From Octopus sinensis (taxonomy: Eukaryota), in contig NC_043012.1 of assembly GCF_006345805.1 (NCBI RefSeq), forward strand, positions 56,606,001-56,670,000: a DNA stretch of 64,000 nt, in the 5' to 3' direction. Positions within the stretch are counted from its first letter, which is position 1. The number at the start of each line of letters is the position of its first letter. The translations under genes and the position numbers were made by a program. Of the stretch, positions 49,578-63,772 are shown in pieces. The notes beneath the pieces were generated by a model, which was not told the origin of the DNA, made no database searches, and was given only the letters and a program-made list of their open reading frames with translations.

Positions 49578-49736
49578 GCTTCTTTCAGTTTCCGTCTACC
49601 AAATCCACTCATAAGGCTTTGGTCAGCCCAAGGCTATAGTAGAAGACACTTACCCAAGGTGCCATGCAGTGGGACTGAACCCGGAACCATGTGGTTCGTA
49701 AGCAAGCTACTTATCACACAGCCACTCCTGCGCCTA
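49296..49736 (-). mobile_element. SINE family A, full-length copy
   Basis: Same head and tail blocks, with an expanded internal (TA)n. Confidence 0.9.
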
Positions 49737-50428
49737 TAGAGCCACTCCTATGCCTATGTATATATATATGTTCTTTGTTTAAATAAGTTTGGAATAATAT
49801 TCACTCATATTATTATTATTATTATATATATATATACGTGCATGTGTGTGTCTTTGTATCTGTGTTGTTTAAGTGAGTATATGTCACTTCAAAATGATAC
49901 TAGCAACCCAAAATGAGCACACATCTCTTAAACAAAATAGGTCTAAACAGAATTTCATGCTCTCATGGCAAAGGTGTATCTTGAGAAACATTCCAGGAAT
50001 GTATTAGAGCATTTATTTAACAATGCAGCTGTTCATTGTTAGGTCAAAGTTTCTATCTATAATATCCATAACTATTTGAAACACCTGCTATTGTAATTCA
50101 TCATCATCATCATCATGAGTTTTACTGTCCACTTTTCCATGCTAGCATGGGTCAGATGGATGCCCTTCCTGTTGCTAATTCTCAAATGTTTTCAAGTCAG
50201 ATTATATATTTCCTCATGACCAGATATGTTTTCATGAAAGGACTGGAAATGAAGGAAACTGCTTGTATACTGGAGATACCTATTGTACAACTATAACACA
50301 AAGTCATCTTAAGGAAACAGTAATACACAGATACATATTTTGATGTTTTGTTGTTTTTTTCCCCCCTCACATTAAATGTTTTTGTCCCGATTTCACTTTG
50401 AAAGTGGCAGTCTCACTTTGAAGTGACA

Positions 50429-50626
50429 GCCTGATTTTGAAATCCTTAATGCCTGATTTTGAAATCCTTAATACCTGATTTTGAAATCCTTAATGCCTGA
50501 TTTTGAAATCCTTAATACCTGATTTTGAAATCCTTAATGCCTGATTTTGAAATCCTTAATGCCTGATTTTGAAATCCTTAATGCCTGATTTTGAAATCCT
50601 TAATGCCTCATTTTGAAATCCTTAAT
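50429..50626 (+). repeat. Minisatellite, 9 x 22 bp (gcctgattttgaaatccttaat)
   Basis: Nine consecutive units; only single-base variants in units 3, 5 and 9. Confidence 0.95.
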
Positions 50627-52222
50627 GTCACAGTGAAGAAAACTCTATTTGCTTAGAGTCAGAAATGCTGTAGTAGATAGAATATACCATCTATCTGGTA
50701 TGTACTCACAGTACATACATTGTACCTACTTAAGAATAAAGGAACTAAGCTATGAAAATCTGAATGTCTTGCTGCCAACACATCACTGTCATCATCATCA
50801 TTTTAACATCCACTTTCCCATGTTTGCATGGGTCAGGCAGAATTTATTGAGGTAGATTTTTCTACACCTGGATGCCTTTCCTGTTTCCAACCCTCGTGAT
50901 CGTTGACAGAGCGGCTAACCGGCTTCCGTGCCAGTGGCATATAAAAGGGCACCATTCGAGTACGATCAGTGTCGCCTTACTGGCACTTGTGCATGTCCTA
51001 GTAGGGTGCTAATCCGAGTGTGATCGTTGCCAGAGAAGCCAACTGGCTTCCGTACCCGTGGCACGTGTAAAAAGATTCGAGCGAGGTCGTTGCCAGTACT
51101 GCCTGACTGGCGCCTGTGCCGGTGGCACGTAAAAAGCATCCACTATACTCTCGGAGTGGATGGCTTTAGGAAGGGCATCCAGCTGTAGAAACTCTGCCAG
51201 ATCAAGATTGAAGCCTGGTGCAGCCATCTGGTTTGCCAGCCCTCAGTCAAAATCGTCCAACCCATGCTAGCATGGAAAGCAGACGTTAAACGATGATGAT
51301 GATGACGATGATCTATTTCCTACTAAGAAACCGTGACTAGACAAGTTTTCATGGAAGACTGGAAATGAAGGACCACTGCTTATATAGTGGTGACATTCAT
51401 TTATAACCATCGTGTGATGTCAAAGCAAAGAGATGGTAACACACACACATACAGCAGGCTTCTTTCTGGCACCCATGCCGGATGATTCTCATCTGCCAGC
51501 AATATCTGTCTGTGCTCTTAGCACTGTACATCTAAATAAAAGGATCTCTCAAGGCTGCAGTATAAAACTTCGGGAAGACTTCTGCCCATCCCCCCTAATT
51601 TCTCCCAAATTTGTTTAATTTTATAATTTTTTTTTTCCCCCAAAATCCCCGTTTAGAAATGTTGATTTTTGCCAATTTTTTTGCAAATTCGTATTCCCTG
51701 TAGCCGAAAAGTGGGGTTTGTGCCGAAAAAATAAATTTTTTTAAAGGGTGGTTTTTGACGGTGGGGATGGGCGGAAGTTTTGCCAAAACTTCTTTCAGTT
51801 TCCACCTACCAAATCCACTCACAAAGCTTTGGTTGACCTGGGGCTATAGTAAAAGGCACTTGCCCAAAGTTCCATGCAGTGGGACTGAACCCAGATACAT
51901 GTGATTGAGAAGCAAACTTTTTGCCACACAGCCCCGGATGCACCTGTAATGTAATGCCAGTGGAAGGATACAAACTCCCAACCTCCTAGTTGGTTAACTG
52001 GTACCTTTTCAACTTGGCCATCTATACTTTGTGGATGTACTACAAACCTGAGTATCAGCTCAAGCAAAGAACATTGACTAATATGTCTTACTCAGAGATA
52101 CAACATAAAAGTTGCAGATTTGTAGTCAACAATGAAGCATTACCTTGTTCTTTGGTAGACATTTTTCATCCATTTTTTCTATCCATCAATCCATTTTTGC
52201 AATCTATTATTCTTATGACAGT

Positions 52223-52460
52223 TGTGGGGCACTCCCTCCATGGGCACTATGGGGCACCTCCTCCATGGGAATTATGGGGCATCTCCTCCATGGGTATTAT
52301 GGGGCACCTCCTCCATGGGTATTATGGGGCACCTCCTCCATAGTCATTATGGGGCACCAACTCCATGGGAATTATGGCGCATCTCCTCCATGGGCATTAC
52401 GGGGCACCTCCTCCATGGACACTATGGGGCACCTCCTCCATAGACACTATAGAGCACCGC
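52223..52460 (+). repeat. Minisatellite, about 10 x 25 bp (tatggggcacctcctccatgggcac)
   Basis: ggggcac-like starts every 25 bp from 52226 to 52451. Confidence 0.95.
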
Positions 52461-52871
52461 CATTATAGGATCCTATCAGAAGCAATCATTGTTATACTCT
52501 CCTGTTGGATTATCACGCATGACCACTGGATATTATCCAGCCATCTCTTCTTTGATCTAGCCATAGGTCTCCTGCTGGGTGGTTCAGCTTGAAGAATTTG
52601 CCTTGTGATCTTTTCTTGTGGCGTTCTAACCAAACCACAGCTGTGACCTCCCAGTGCAATGAAAACTGTCCCCCACAAATAACAAAGTAATGCTTAAAAT
52701 ATTTATTAGTGTTTACAGAAATACTTGGCTAAGGAGCTGAATGAGCACTCTTTGAACTGAGAGCATAAGTAGAAATGGTGACAGGAAGTGTAGGCTGTAG
52801 TTTATGTAAATTCTAACAACACAATAAAACAAGAGAAAGAGAAAGAAGAAAAGAGAAAACGAAAAGCTTAC

Positions 52872-52967
52872 CATGTACAAGGGTCTCCTTGAAACATATC
52901 AGCAAGAAAGACATTAGCAAAGTGAATTACAGCAGCACCAATTGCTTGTTTAGAAGTATCGTAGAAC
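52872..52967 (-). CDS. STIMATE: STIMATE/TMEM110 internal exon (most 5' exon found)
   Basis: tttaccag|[34 protein letters not shown]|GTAAGC; matches human [31 protein letters not shown]. 96 nt. Confidence 0.93.
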
Positions 52968-53028
52968 CTGGTAAAGACAATAATAACACAAAAGTCAAAC
53001 CATTACTACGTGTTTACCATTTTACTCC

Positions 53029-53232
53029 TTTTTACTTGTTTCAGTCATTTGACTGCAGCCATGCTGGAGCACCGCCTTTAGTCGAGCAAATAGAATAAGT
53101 ACTAGGCTTCTTTGGAAGCCTAGTACTTATTCTATTGGTGTCTTTTGCCGAACCGCTAAGTTATGGACACGTAAACACACCACCATCGATTGTCAAGCAA
53201 TGTTGGGGGGACAAACACAGACACACAAACAT

Positions 53233-53264
<32 letters not shown>

Positions 53265-53480
53265 GTATATATATATATGTGTGTGTGTGTATGTATATAT
53301 ATATATATGCATATATACGATGGGCTTCTTTCAGTTTCCGTCTACCAATTCCACTCACAAAACTTTGGTCGGCCCAAGGCTATAGTAGAAGACACCTGCC
53401 ATGGTGCCATGCAGTCAGAATGAACCCGGAACCATGTGGTTGGTAAGCAAGCTACTTACCACACAGCCACTCCTGTGCCT
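53029..53480 (-). mobile_element. SINE family A copy
   Basis: Same diagnostic blocks (catgctggagcaccgcctttagtcgag; cttaccacacagccactcctg). Confidence 0.85.
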
Positions 53481-53754
53481 GTTTGGTGAACAATAGTGTC
53501 TAACATTGCACTTAAACACACAAATTACAAATGAAGTTTTATTTCGAATTTTTTCCAAAATATTATCTGAAAGTTCATTGTGGTTAAACAGAATACTGGG
53601 CTTGAGTGTTTGGAAAGTTTGCTTTGAGCTGCATGGTTTCAGGTTCAGTCCCACTATGTGGCACCTTGATGAAGTATCTTCTATTCTATGGCACCCACAA
53701 GGCCAACCAAAACCTTGTGAATGAATTTGGTAGGTGAAAACTGAAAGCAGCACT

Positions 53755-54062
53755 TGTCATGTGTGTGTGTGTGTGTGTGTTGGTGTGTTTGTGTTGGTGT
53801 GTGTGTATGTTATTGCGTGTGTGGATTGGTGTGAGTGTTCGTGTGTGTGTGTTGTTGTGTGTGAGTGAATGTTGGTGCGTGTGTGGATTGGTGTGAGTGT
53901 TGGTGTGTATGTGTGTTGGTGTGCATGTGTGTGTTGGTGTGCATGTGTGTGTTAGTGTACATGCATGTGTTGGTGTGCATGTGTGTGTAAGCGTGCATGT
54001 TGGTGAGTGTGTGCATGTGTGTGTAGGCGTGCATGTTGGTGAGTGTGTGTGTGCATGTATGT
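53755..54062 (+). repeat. Degenerate (TG)n-derived minisatellite
   Basis: Recurring gtgtgttggtgt / gtgcatgtgtgt units. Confidence 0.85.
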
Positions 54063-57000
54063 TGGTGTCTCCAGGTTTTGACATCACATGATTTTTAAGT
54101 ACAATATGTGAAGAGGGTAGCATTATATTCAACACTGCATTGTTATTCAAATAATAATGAGTCAAGGACAGAGCCACTTCACAGTTGCCTGACCTGCAAG
54201 AAATAGAAGCCAAATTTCCCTTGAATCACATTTCAACAGATTAAGTAACGAAGGGTACTTTGGACAATGTTGTTCCTAATACAAATTCATAGAAAAAAAA
54301 GAATAAAATTTAATGTAAATGAGTTCTGTTTGAGCTTGAGTAACCCAGGACTAAACAATAACATAGTAAGTACTGTTTGATTGTTATGCTAACACTCATC
54401 CGTAGCACTTACAGTTATTAAAGCCATCCTTCTCTTCAAACAATAAATGATACATTTTAAAGATTTCTTACTGCTTCTACTCCAACTGCCTCCACACTTC
54501 TTCAACAAATACCAACTATTATGTAAATATAAACAACCTATTATTTCCTCTCTTATTTTGTAATTTAACATACACTGTAGAAAAACATTAACAATAGCTA
54601 TAGCATCATCAGACCCTCTTACAACCGCTAACCATTCTATTATCAAGGAAGTATAGAAACAGTATCATCATCATCATCATCGTTATTATTATTATAAGGC
54701 AGCGAGCTGGCAGAATCGTTAGCACGCCGGGAGAAATGCTTACCCGCATTTCATCTGCTGCTACGTTCTGAGTTCAAATTCCGCCTAGGTCAACTTTGCC
54801 TTTCATCCTTTCGGGGTCGATAAGTTAAGTACCAGTTATGCACTGGGGTCGATATAATCGACTTAATTCATGTGTCTGTCCTTGTTTGTCCTCTCTGTGT
54901 TTAGCCCCTTGTGGGTAGTAAAGAAATAGGTATTTCACCTGTTGCTATGTTCTGAGTTCAAATTCCACCGAGGTCGACTTTACTTTTCATCATTTAGGGA
55001 GTCGATAAAATAGGTATCAGTTGAACACGGGGGTCAATGTAATCAACTCATTCCCTCCCCCAAAATGGCTGCCCTTGTGGCAAAACTTGAAACCATTATT
55101 ATTACTACCCTCCCCCCCCCCCCCTTGACCAGGCTCCCATGGCTTATACCACATGAGACCTTTTCTTTTTTCGAAGCGTCTCCCCTATTTGGGAGTTTTG
55201 TGTTGTTAAAATTTTTGATTGTTAAACTGCTTTTTACTCGTTTTTTTTTTTCACAAATGGACAAAACCTTTTGTAACCTTTCGTCCTGTTTTGTCCCTTT
55301 ATGTTTTCCAATCATATTTGTCAGCCCTTTGTGGCCAATAAAAAGATTTAATTATTATTATTATTATCATTTTTTTTTTATTATCATTAGCATGCCAGGC
55401 AAAATGCATAGTGGCATTTTGTCCATCATTTACGCTCTTAGTTCAAAATCCACTGAGGTCAACTTTGCCTTTCATCCTCTCGGAGTCGATAAAATAAATA
55501 ACAGTTGAGTACTGGAGTTGATGCAGTTGATTTACTCCTCCCTGAAATTACTGACCTAACACCATTTGAGCGTGGCTGATGCCAGTACCGCCTGACTGGC
55601 CCTTGTGTTGGTGGCACGTAAAAGCACCCACTACACTCTGAGAGTGGTTGGCGTTAGGAAGGGCATCCAGCTGTAGAAACTCTGCCTGATCAGATTGGAG
55701 CCTGGTGCAGCCATCTGGTTCTCATGTCTTCAGTCAAATCGTTCAACACATGCTAGTATGGAAAGTGGACGTTAAACGATGATGATGATACCTATCTATG
55801 ATTTACCAATAATAAATAACTAATGATTATAATAATAATAATAATTCTAATTTCTGAGGAGAGAGAGACCCTAGTATTTGACTGGTACTTTAACCCTTTA
55901 GCATTCATATTATTCAGTCAAATATAATGCTTATTTATTCATATTGTTTCAAATTAATCCTGCATTACCTTGTGGCTTTGAGAAAAACATTGTAGGGTAG
56001 CTCAAGTGGCGTTTTTTACGTGCCACCTGCACAGAAGCCAGTCCAGCGGCACTGGCAATGACCTTGCTCGAATGTTTGTCACATGCCAACGGCACAAGTG
56101 CCAGTAAGGCGATGCTGGTAACGATCCCTTTTGAATGGTGCTTTTTATGTGCCACTTGGGATTACAACACAAAGATAATAATAAAATTTTGAACTCATGA
56201 CCGTGTGGTTGCTAATCTAGTACTTAATAGCGGATCCACTGTGCATGCAATCCTAAATATCATAAAAGAAAAACAGATGAGATCCTCCCTCACTTTTACT
56301 AGAGAGACATATGAAGACCTTTGGCATCTCCCCAGACACCTGAAAGGAGAAGGCCCTGTGACATGATGAATGGCATCAATTGTGAAGCTCATAATTCCAG
56401 CCACAGCAGAAATGAAAGAGTACAAGAAAGGTGCCACTTCCCAGTTGTGTCAAGTAGGTTCCCCTGCAACAGATGTCATTGCTGCTGCAGATCGAGAGAA
56501 AGCCTTGTAGCCCACAAGTGACCCTGCCAGAGGTGATTACTGAACAAAACAATCAACATTGACCTATGATGGGCGGCCAAAGAAGCAGAAGAAGAATACA
56601 CAATATAATTAGTCTCCAGATGTTACAATGACCATTATGTAAATTGTTTGGTTTTCTTCCCTGTTCTACTCCAGGGAAACAATATCTTTCTTGTGTTGAT
56701 GAAAAGAAGGTATTTAGTTTTAGACATCAATTCATTTTATCCTTGGCATAAGCATGGCAGTGTGGTTAAGAAGCTTGCTTTGCAACTATGTAGGTTTGAG
56801 TTCAGACCCACTGCAAGGCACTTGAGCTACAGTCTGACCAGTGCTTTTTGACTGAATTAGGTAGAGAGAAACTGTGTAGAAGCCTAGTGTGTGTGTGTGT
56901 GTGTGTGTGTTGTGTGTGTGTGTGTGTGTGCTTGACAGCCAGTATTGGTTTGTTTGCATCCCCATAAATTAGTGCTTCAGCAGAAGAAATTGACAGAATA

Positions 57001-58112
57001 AGCATCAGTACCAGAATTCTAAATACGTAAAAGTACTACTAGGGTCGATTTATTTGACAAACCTCTTTGAGGCAGTGCTTCAGCATGGCTGCAGTCCATT
57101 GAAAGAAAGACAAAAGATACTTATTAGTTCAGTAAACAAAAGTAGAACATTAACTAATTTAAACAAAGAAATATATAACTTATAGACTAACACTGTGGCT
57201 TTTTGTTTTGTCCCATTAAACCGAGAATGTAATATGATAGTAGATCATCAGAGAGTATGCTTCATCTCAGAATTGTGAATATCAATTGTCAGAAACACAA
57301 TTTTACTGTAGCCACTGTTGTTAAGCTTCAAGTCAGCTCTGATTCAGCAGCCCTATTCCAGCCATGACTATCTGGTCTTTTTGTATATTTATCGCTACAT
57401 TATTTAATGTGCCCTTACCATTTTTTTTTCTAAAGAAGGTAGGGTGTGGTAGATCACATGATCCAGTCCTTGTTGCAGTGTGGTGGCTTTTGTGTGTCAA
57501 TGACCCAGAGTGCTATACCAGCAGACCACAAGTTCTTGATAAGGGTCTCCCATACTGGACAAGTCAAAGGATAGAGGCCAGATTAATGTGAAGCACCTCT
57601 TCCTAGAGGTGAAAATGGGTTTGCACAGGGCCAACACATTCCTACCTAGAAAACAAGCAAAATTACAGAAGTATTGATGACAATTCAAAACCAACAAATG
57701 GCACCCTGCTGGTGTTTTGTAAATGGCACTTGTGTCATATAAGTGGCATGTAAAAGTACCAACTCTTGGAGTGGTTGGTGTTAGGAAGGGCATCCAGCTG
57801 TAGAAACCATGGCAAATCAGACTGGAACCTGGTGCAGCTCCCTGGGTTACCAGTTCCAGACGAATCATCTAACCCATGCCAGCATGGAAAGCAGACGTTA
57901 AATGATGATGATGAAGACCTGGAGAGAGGACAACATAAGAGTGGAGAAAGGTTGCTATTTTCAGCAGGTCATGACACTTTGTAGATGCTCCCTTGCTAGC
58001 TACAATTGTCATTGTTATTAAACCCAAGGGATTTTAGCTGAGACCTCCCATCTTTTTGTTTTCAGACATAGTGTATCTAAGACTACATTAGCCAGTATAT
58101 GTGTCCTATTTC

Positions 58113-58339
58113 TTAACCCTTTCGTTACTGTATTTATTTTGAGATGCACTGTGTTTTTTTCAATTACTTTAAATATAACAAGGAATTTAGTAAAGTAACT
58201 TAGTTATCATTAAGCTAGTGTTAGGAACATAAATTGTGATAAGGTTTGGTGGAAGATTTTAATTCAAAACTTATGAAAACAAAACATCTGTACTCAAAGC
58301 CAGAGCCGGTTTCAGCCGGGTTGGTAACAAAAGGGTTAA
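58113..58339. mobile_element. piggyBac-like MITE (TTAA flanks)
   Basis: ttaa|ccctttcgttac..ggtaacaaaaggg|ttaa. Confidence 0.75.
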
Positions 58340-59898
58340 GGAAGGAAGAAATGTTATGAAGTCAATTTAGCTGTTATTTCCAGTAGGCTCAATTTTCACA
58401 TAGAAGCTACCTTGCTGGCTCATGTAAATAGCTTTATGAATTTATTAAAAAGGTCAGCTGGTAGACATGGTATAACAGCTGACTATGTGCATAATATATA
58501 ATAATAGAGTATAATATTATATATTGGATGTCTAGCTACTGTCTTAGCATAACCTTTGTTAATAACAATAAACATGTTTGTTTATATTTATATAAGAACG
58601 ACTGGAATGATTCTAATTTCATTTAATAGTTATTATTGTTTTTACTTCCAAAGTACATATAAAACAGTTCATTAGTTAAATTTAGTAGCTGCTGTAATTT
58701 GCATGTAACTCCAGGCCAGTTCTGTTCAAGACCTACAGTTATGGAGGTAAGTCAGTCAGCTTACCAGTGATATGCAATCCACAGATCCAGAGCTCAAGAT
58801 ATGCGATATTGCCATCCAGTTTGAGGGTGGCAGGCTTATGTCCCTCTGTGGACACACAATTGCAATCATCAAATATTTAGTCAATGTTTGGTTGTAAATA
58901 CAATTTACTCCGTGCCAGTGACGTTAAAAGCACCGTCCGAACGTGGCAGATGCCAGCGCCACCTGACTGGCATCTGTGTCGGTGACACGTAAAAGCACCA
59001 ACCGATCATGGCTGTTTGCCAGCCTCCCCTGGCCCCTGTGTCGGTGGCATGTAAAAAGCACCCACTACACTCATGAAGTGGTTGGCGTTAGGAAGGGCAT
59101 CCAGCTGTAGAAACACTGCCAGATCAGACTGAAGCATGGTGCAACCACCTGGCTTCCCAGACCCCTGTCAAACCGTCCAACCCATGCTAGCATGGAAAAC
59201 GGACGTTAAACGATGATGATAAGTGGATGAAAATGATTGATCTTTAGTTTAGGAACTATAAGTTGTCAACAACAACCAAATTAATTTCCCTCACACACAC
59301 ATAAATGTGTGTGCGTATGCATATACAACTTTTATACAATAAGCATAAAAACAACAAGCTGTTGAAAATCTAAGCTGATTTCCTCTTAATCTTATTTTGT
59401 TTCATTAGCAATTCTATTAAATTATTTCCTTCACTATATTAGCCTGTAAACATCAAAAGGGTGATATAAACTCAAGTGACTTATAACAAACAGGTAAGAA
59501 ATTTGCATCTACAAAGATCATCATGATGTTTGCATGGATCAGATGGAATTTGTTGAGGTAGATTTTCTACAGCTGGATGCCCTTCCTGTTGCCAACCCTT
59601 ATCGGATTCCAAGTAAGGTATTAATCTCCATGGTCAGATATGCTTTTGCAAAAGATTCGATATGATGAGCACTGCTCGTATAACAATGACATTTGTTTAC
59701 AACTATCACATGACGTCAAGGCAAGGTGCCATATACTGGGATTGAACATGTAAACACAAGGTTCTTACCACGCACTGCATCTGTGCAAATAAAATGCAAC
59801 TAGCTGCACCTATCCATTAATGTCTGGGAGATCAATTTTACCACATTTTCTTTTGTGTTGGAATTCTGCAAGTTTTATTATTTATATGTATAAGTCAT

Positions 59899-60236
59899 GA
59901 AGGCGCATGGCTCAGTGGTTAGAGTGTCGAGCTTACGATCGTGAGGTTGTGAGCTTGAATCCCGGACCAGGCTGTGTGTTGTGTTCTTGAGCAAGACACT
60001 TTATTTCATGTTGCTCCAGTTCACTCACCTGTAGAAATGAGTTGCGATGTCATAGGTGCCAAGCTGTATCGGCCCCTTTGCCTCTTCCCTTTGGACAACA
60101 TCAGTGGTGTGGAGAAGGGAGGCTGGTATGCATGGGCAACCGCTGGTCTTCTATAAACAACCTTGCCCAGACTTGTGCCTAGGAGGGTAACTTTCTAGGT
60201 GCAATCCCATGGTCAGTCATGACCGGAGGGGGTCTC
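59899..60236 (+). mobile_element. tRNA-derived SINE family D
   Basis: Aligns end to end with 15992-16323. Confidence 0.85.
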
Positions 60237-63200
60237 AACAATGTATAAGTCACACCCTTTGCCTTGAAAATATAACGTACAGACCAGTATATAACCCATT
60301 AATTGAGTATATAAGAACTTCAATACAAAACGTACAGTACATATTGTAAATAACAGTGGTTTAAGTTTGTGATAGCACACTTTATTCATTCATTTACTAT
60401 TCAATAACAGAGGGTTGAGAGCTGGCAGATTCATTAGCATGTGGGACAAAATGTTTAGCAGCATTTTATCCGGCCTCACATTCTGAGTTCAAATTCTGCT
60501 GAGGTCAACTTTGCCTTTCATCCTTTTTGGGGTTGATGAAATAAGTACCAGTTAAGCACTGGGGGGTCTATTTAACTGATCAGCCTCCTCCCTACAAAAT
60601 TTTAGGCCTTGTGGCTATAGTACAAAGAAATTACTATTTAATAATCAAAATCTCTTTTATCTTTTATCTTTTACTTGTTTCAGTAATTAGACAGCTGCCA
60701 TGCTGGGGCACTGCCTTTGATTCAAACAAATCAATCTCAGGACTTATTTGTTTAAGACTGGTACTACTCCAAGTGATATCTTTTGCTGAACTGCTAAGTT
60801 ACAGGGATGTAAACAAACCATCAATGGTTGTCAAGTGGTGGTGGGAGACAAACACAAAGGCACATACACACACACATGCATGCATGACAGGCTTTTTTCA
60901 GTTTCCATCATTTGCCAAATCCACTTACAAGCTTTTGGTTGTCTCAAGGCTATAGTAGAAGACACTTGCTCAAGAAGCCATGCCGTGAGTTTGATCATAG
61001 AATCATGTGGTTGGGAAGCAAACTTCTTATTTCTTTATTGCCCACAAGGGGCTAAACATACACAAACACACATTTATTATTCTTATACAACAATATCGTT
61101 GATAGTGACTTTGAAGTCTTAGACAGCTAAGCCATCAGGACAGACAAAGGGATAAAGTCGATTACATCAACCCCAGTGCGTGACTGGTAATTAATTTATC
61201 GATCCCCGAAAGGATGAAAGGCAAAGTCGACCTCAGCGGAATTTGAACTCAGAACGTAACGGCAGACAAAATACTGCTAAGCATTTCGCACGGTATGCTA
61301 GTTTCTGCCAGCTCACTGCCTTCTTACCACACAGCCACGCTTGTACCTATATAATGATAATTTCCAAATCCCCATAATTCATTGAAGGCAAACAAACTTT
61401 CTGAACCCCTTATTGACAAAACGTGAAACCAATTAAATATTATTAGTATACAGTATCCTGGGACCATGTGAATAAAGAGCAGATCAGTGCATTGTATTGT
61501 GTGTATATTGTTAGTATAAAATTTGTTCCTTCTTGATAAGCTTCCAAACACGTTTTGCGTTTTAAACCAGAAAAAGGAATTGGCTATAACTGAAATACAA
61601 AGGAGAACAGTACGTAACATGGGAGGGTAATTAAAGTGCGTTACTTGTTGTGTAATTGCTTACAATGAAATTTTGATAAAATGCATTGGTGAATGTGATT
61701 GAATGAAATAGAATTATTAAATATAGGTAATTAAGAATTCATTAATATGGGTTTAATTTGTTAAGAGCTACTAATAGATATCTTTACATGTAGCTTTATT
61801 TAAATATATTACAACAGGGGGTGGGGGAGGAGAATATAATGCTTAGTTGTCAATATTTTGATGGAAATTTCCTAAGTGTACATATACATATATATGTATA
61901 TATGCATATATATGTAAATATACATACACATATATATGTATATTGGGAAAAAGTCAAGGTAGAAAATGCTAAAATAATTTTATAAAAAACATTTCAGTAC
62001 CAGTTTCAGTCATGGAGACTTTTTTAACTGTAAGTATGGAAAACAATTAAATTTCGGGAAAATTAAATGGAAAGTTTTTTAAAAGAATATTTGCATAGTG
62101 TTCAAATACAAGGGGCATTTTCCTTGTTTCTGCCTGTCTCTGTCTTTCTTGTTTACTCTTGTGGGTTCGATACACACAGACACACACATATATATATATA
62201 TACATACACACATATATATATATATATATACATACACACATATATATATATATACATACACATATACATATATATATATTTCTTTATTGCCCACAGGGGG
62301 CTAAACATAGAGGGGACAAACAAAGACATATATATATATACATACACACATACATATACACACACACACATATATATATGTATATATGCAAGGAGAAGCA
62401 GCTGACCTCCCCTGTTCGAAGGTTATAATGGACACAGGTTTGTGTGTCATATAGCTAGATAGAGGCGATGGCCTCTTGGAGCTAATCAATGGCAGCATTC
62501 GTCCTATTTTTCTAGACTGTCATGTTAGCTTGGCAATAACTACTAATATCCAGTACCGCTGCAGTAGTCTCCTTTAGAGAGACTTAGCAATATTAATATT
62601 TCAATTATATATATACATATACATACATATATATACATACATACATACATACATACATATACATACATACATATAACCTCTTGGCCATGTGCCTCCACAA
62701 TCATACATGTAGAACTTTACAAACAAACTTCTAGGTGTTTCTCTCTTGCTAGGTAGGCACAAGGTGTGAGAGTATTTTTGTTACTTTTGATATATTTGGA
62801 TTTAGTTCTTTTGCTTCCATAGTGTAAAAATCAAAGATAAAAAGTCCAATATTTAAGCCTTTAGTAATTGGATGTATTAACAAAAGAATGTAGTTAGGTG
62901 GTAAGTTTAAGTTAGTCATTTCTTTACTTGTTATTATTTAGGGTATTTATTGTTTTCATTTGTAAGGTTGCGTTATTAGTCAGGCATGTCATGGCTTTGT
63001 TAGTATACAAAATGGCTTCTCTTGAGCTTTTCATGTTTACAAAAGTATTTGAGTTAAGATTGTACTTTTATATATTTCTCATTAGGTGTTCATTGCTCTA
63101 TAAGCAATTTGATTAACATAGAGGTATTTTAAGCTTCTGATTATGTAAGTAGAGTTAGTTTGTTGTTTGCTTATAAAATTTCTTCCAGTTCAGTTCTAGA

Positions 63201-63725
63201 TATATGCTAAAGTGGGACAGATATAGGTATATATATGTATTCATGTATGAAAATGGGAACAAAAATATAATATAATTGAATTAAAAAGAAAAAAGAAAAG
63301 AAAGCGTTCTTTCAGTTTGCTTTCGTGTATATTTAGGTTTGTGTAGTTATATTACAAAATCTTATGTGGGGATTTTAGTTGGAGATAGGGAGACTTTTAG
63401 ATAATTTCTCGAATACTAGTTTAGTATCAAAGTGTAAAACTGTAAGAGTGTTTCTTTTTCCATAACAAGCAATATAAAAACCTAATGGGCACCCCACTCA
63501 AACCCATACACCTGAAGAAGATTTTAACTCAACAGAGACTACATAAAGACCAGACTAACTTTAAAGCATTGAAGTCCAATGATGGCTTAGATGGCTGTAA
63601 CTTCGAAGTCACTGTCAACAACAATCTTGTTTAAGAATAATAAATTTGTACTCTACATAAGTATAGAGTGACCCATTTGATTAATGTAATATTGGTTGTA
63701 TTATAACCGAACAGAAAAATAAACA

Positions 63726-63769
<44 letters not shown>

Positions 63770-63772
<3 letters not shown>

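Noticed and set aside
51595-51790. Compositionally odd homopolymer-rich blocks (also about 55110-55380)
   Set aside because: Run-length inflation and garbled SINE-like sequence suggest low-quality long-read consensus rather than biology.
52145-52592. YGAPPP-repeat ORFs resembling structural proteins
   Set aside because: They are produced by the 25-bp minisatellite in all three frames, with no splice or start context.
56675-59493. Plus-strand exon-like islands (56675-56709, 58715-58746, about 59442-59493) as a nested or antisense gene
   Set aside because: No continuous frame across them and no homology; the splice-like signals are at about the frequency expected by chance.
273-63116. The roughly 200 remaining short ORFs in the track
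   Set aside because: They translate SINE/LINE bodies and microsatellites (IYIY, THTH and DDDD runs; recurring STKSTHKAL and GTEPGTMW peptides) and are not genes.
62701-63720. Strand-skewed block suggestive of a NUMT or Penelope ORF, with a possible decayed hammerhead near 63571-63620
   Set aside because: No mitochondrial gene or RT/GIY-YIG motif could be read convincingly, and the hammerhead core is not intact. A tblastn/HMM search is needed.
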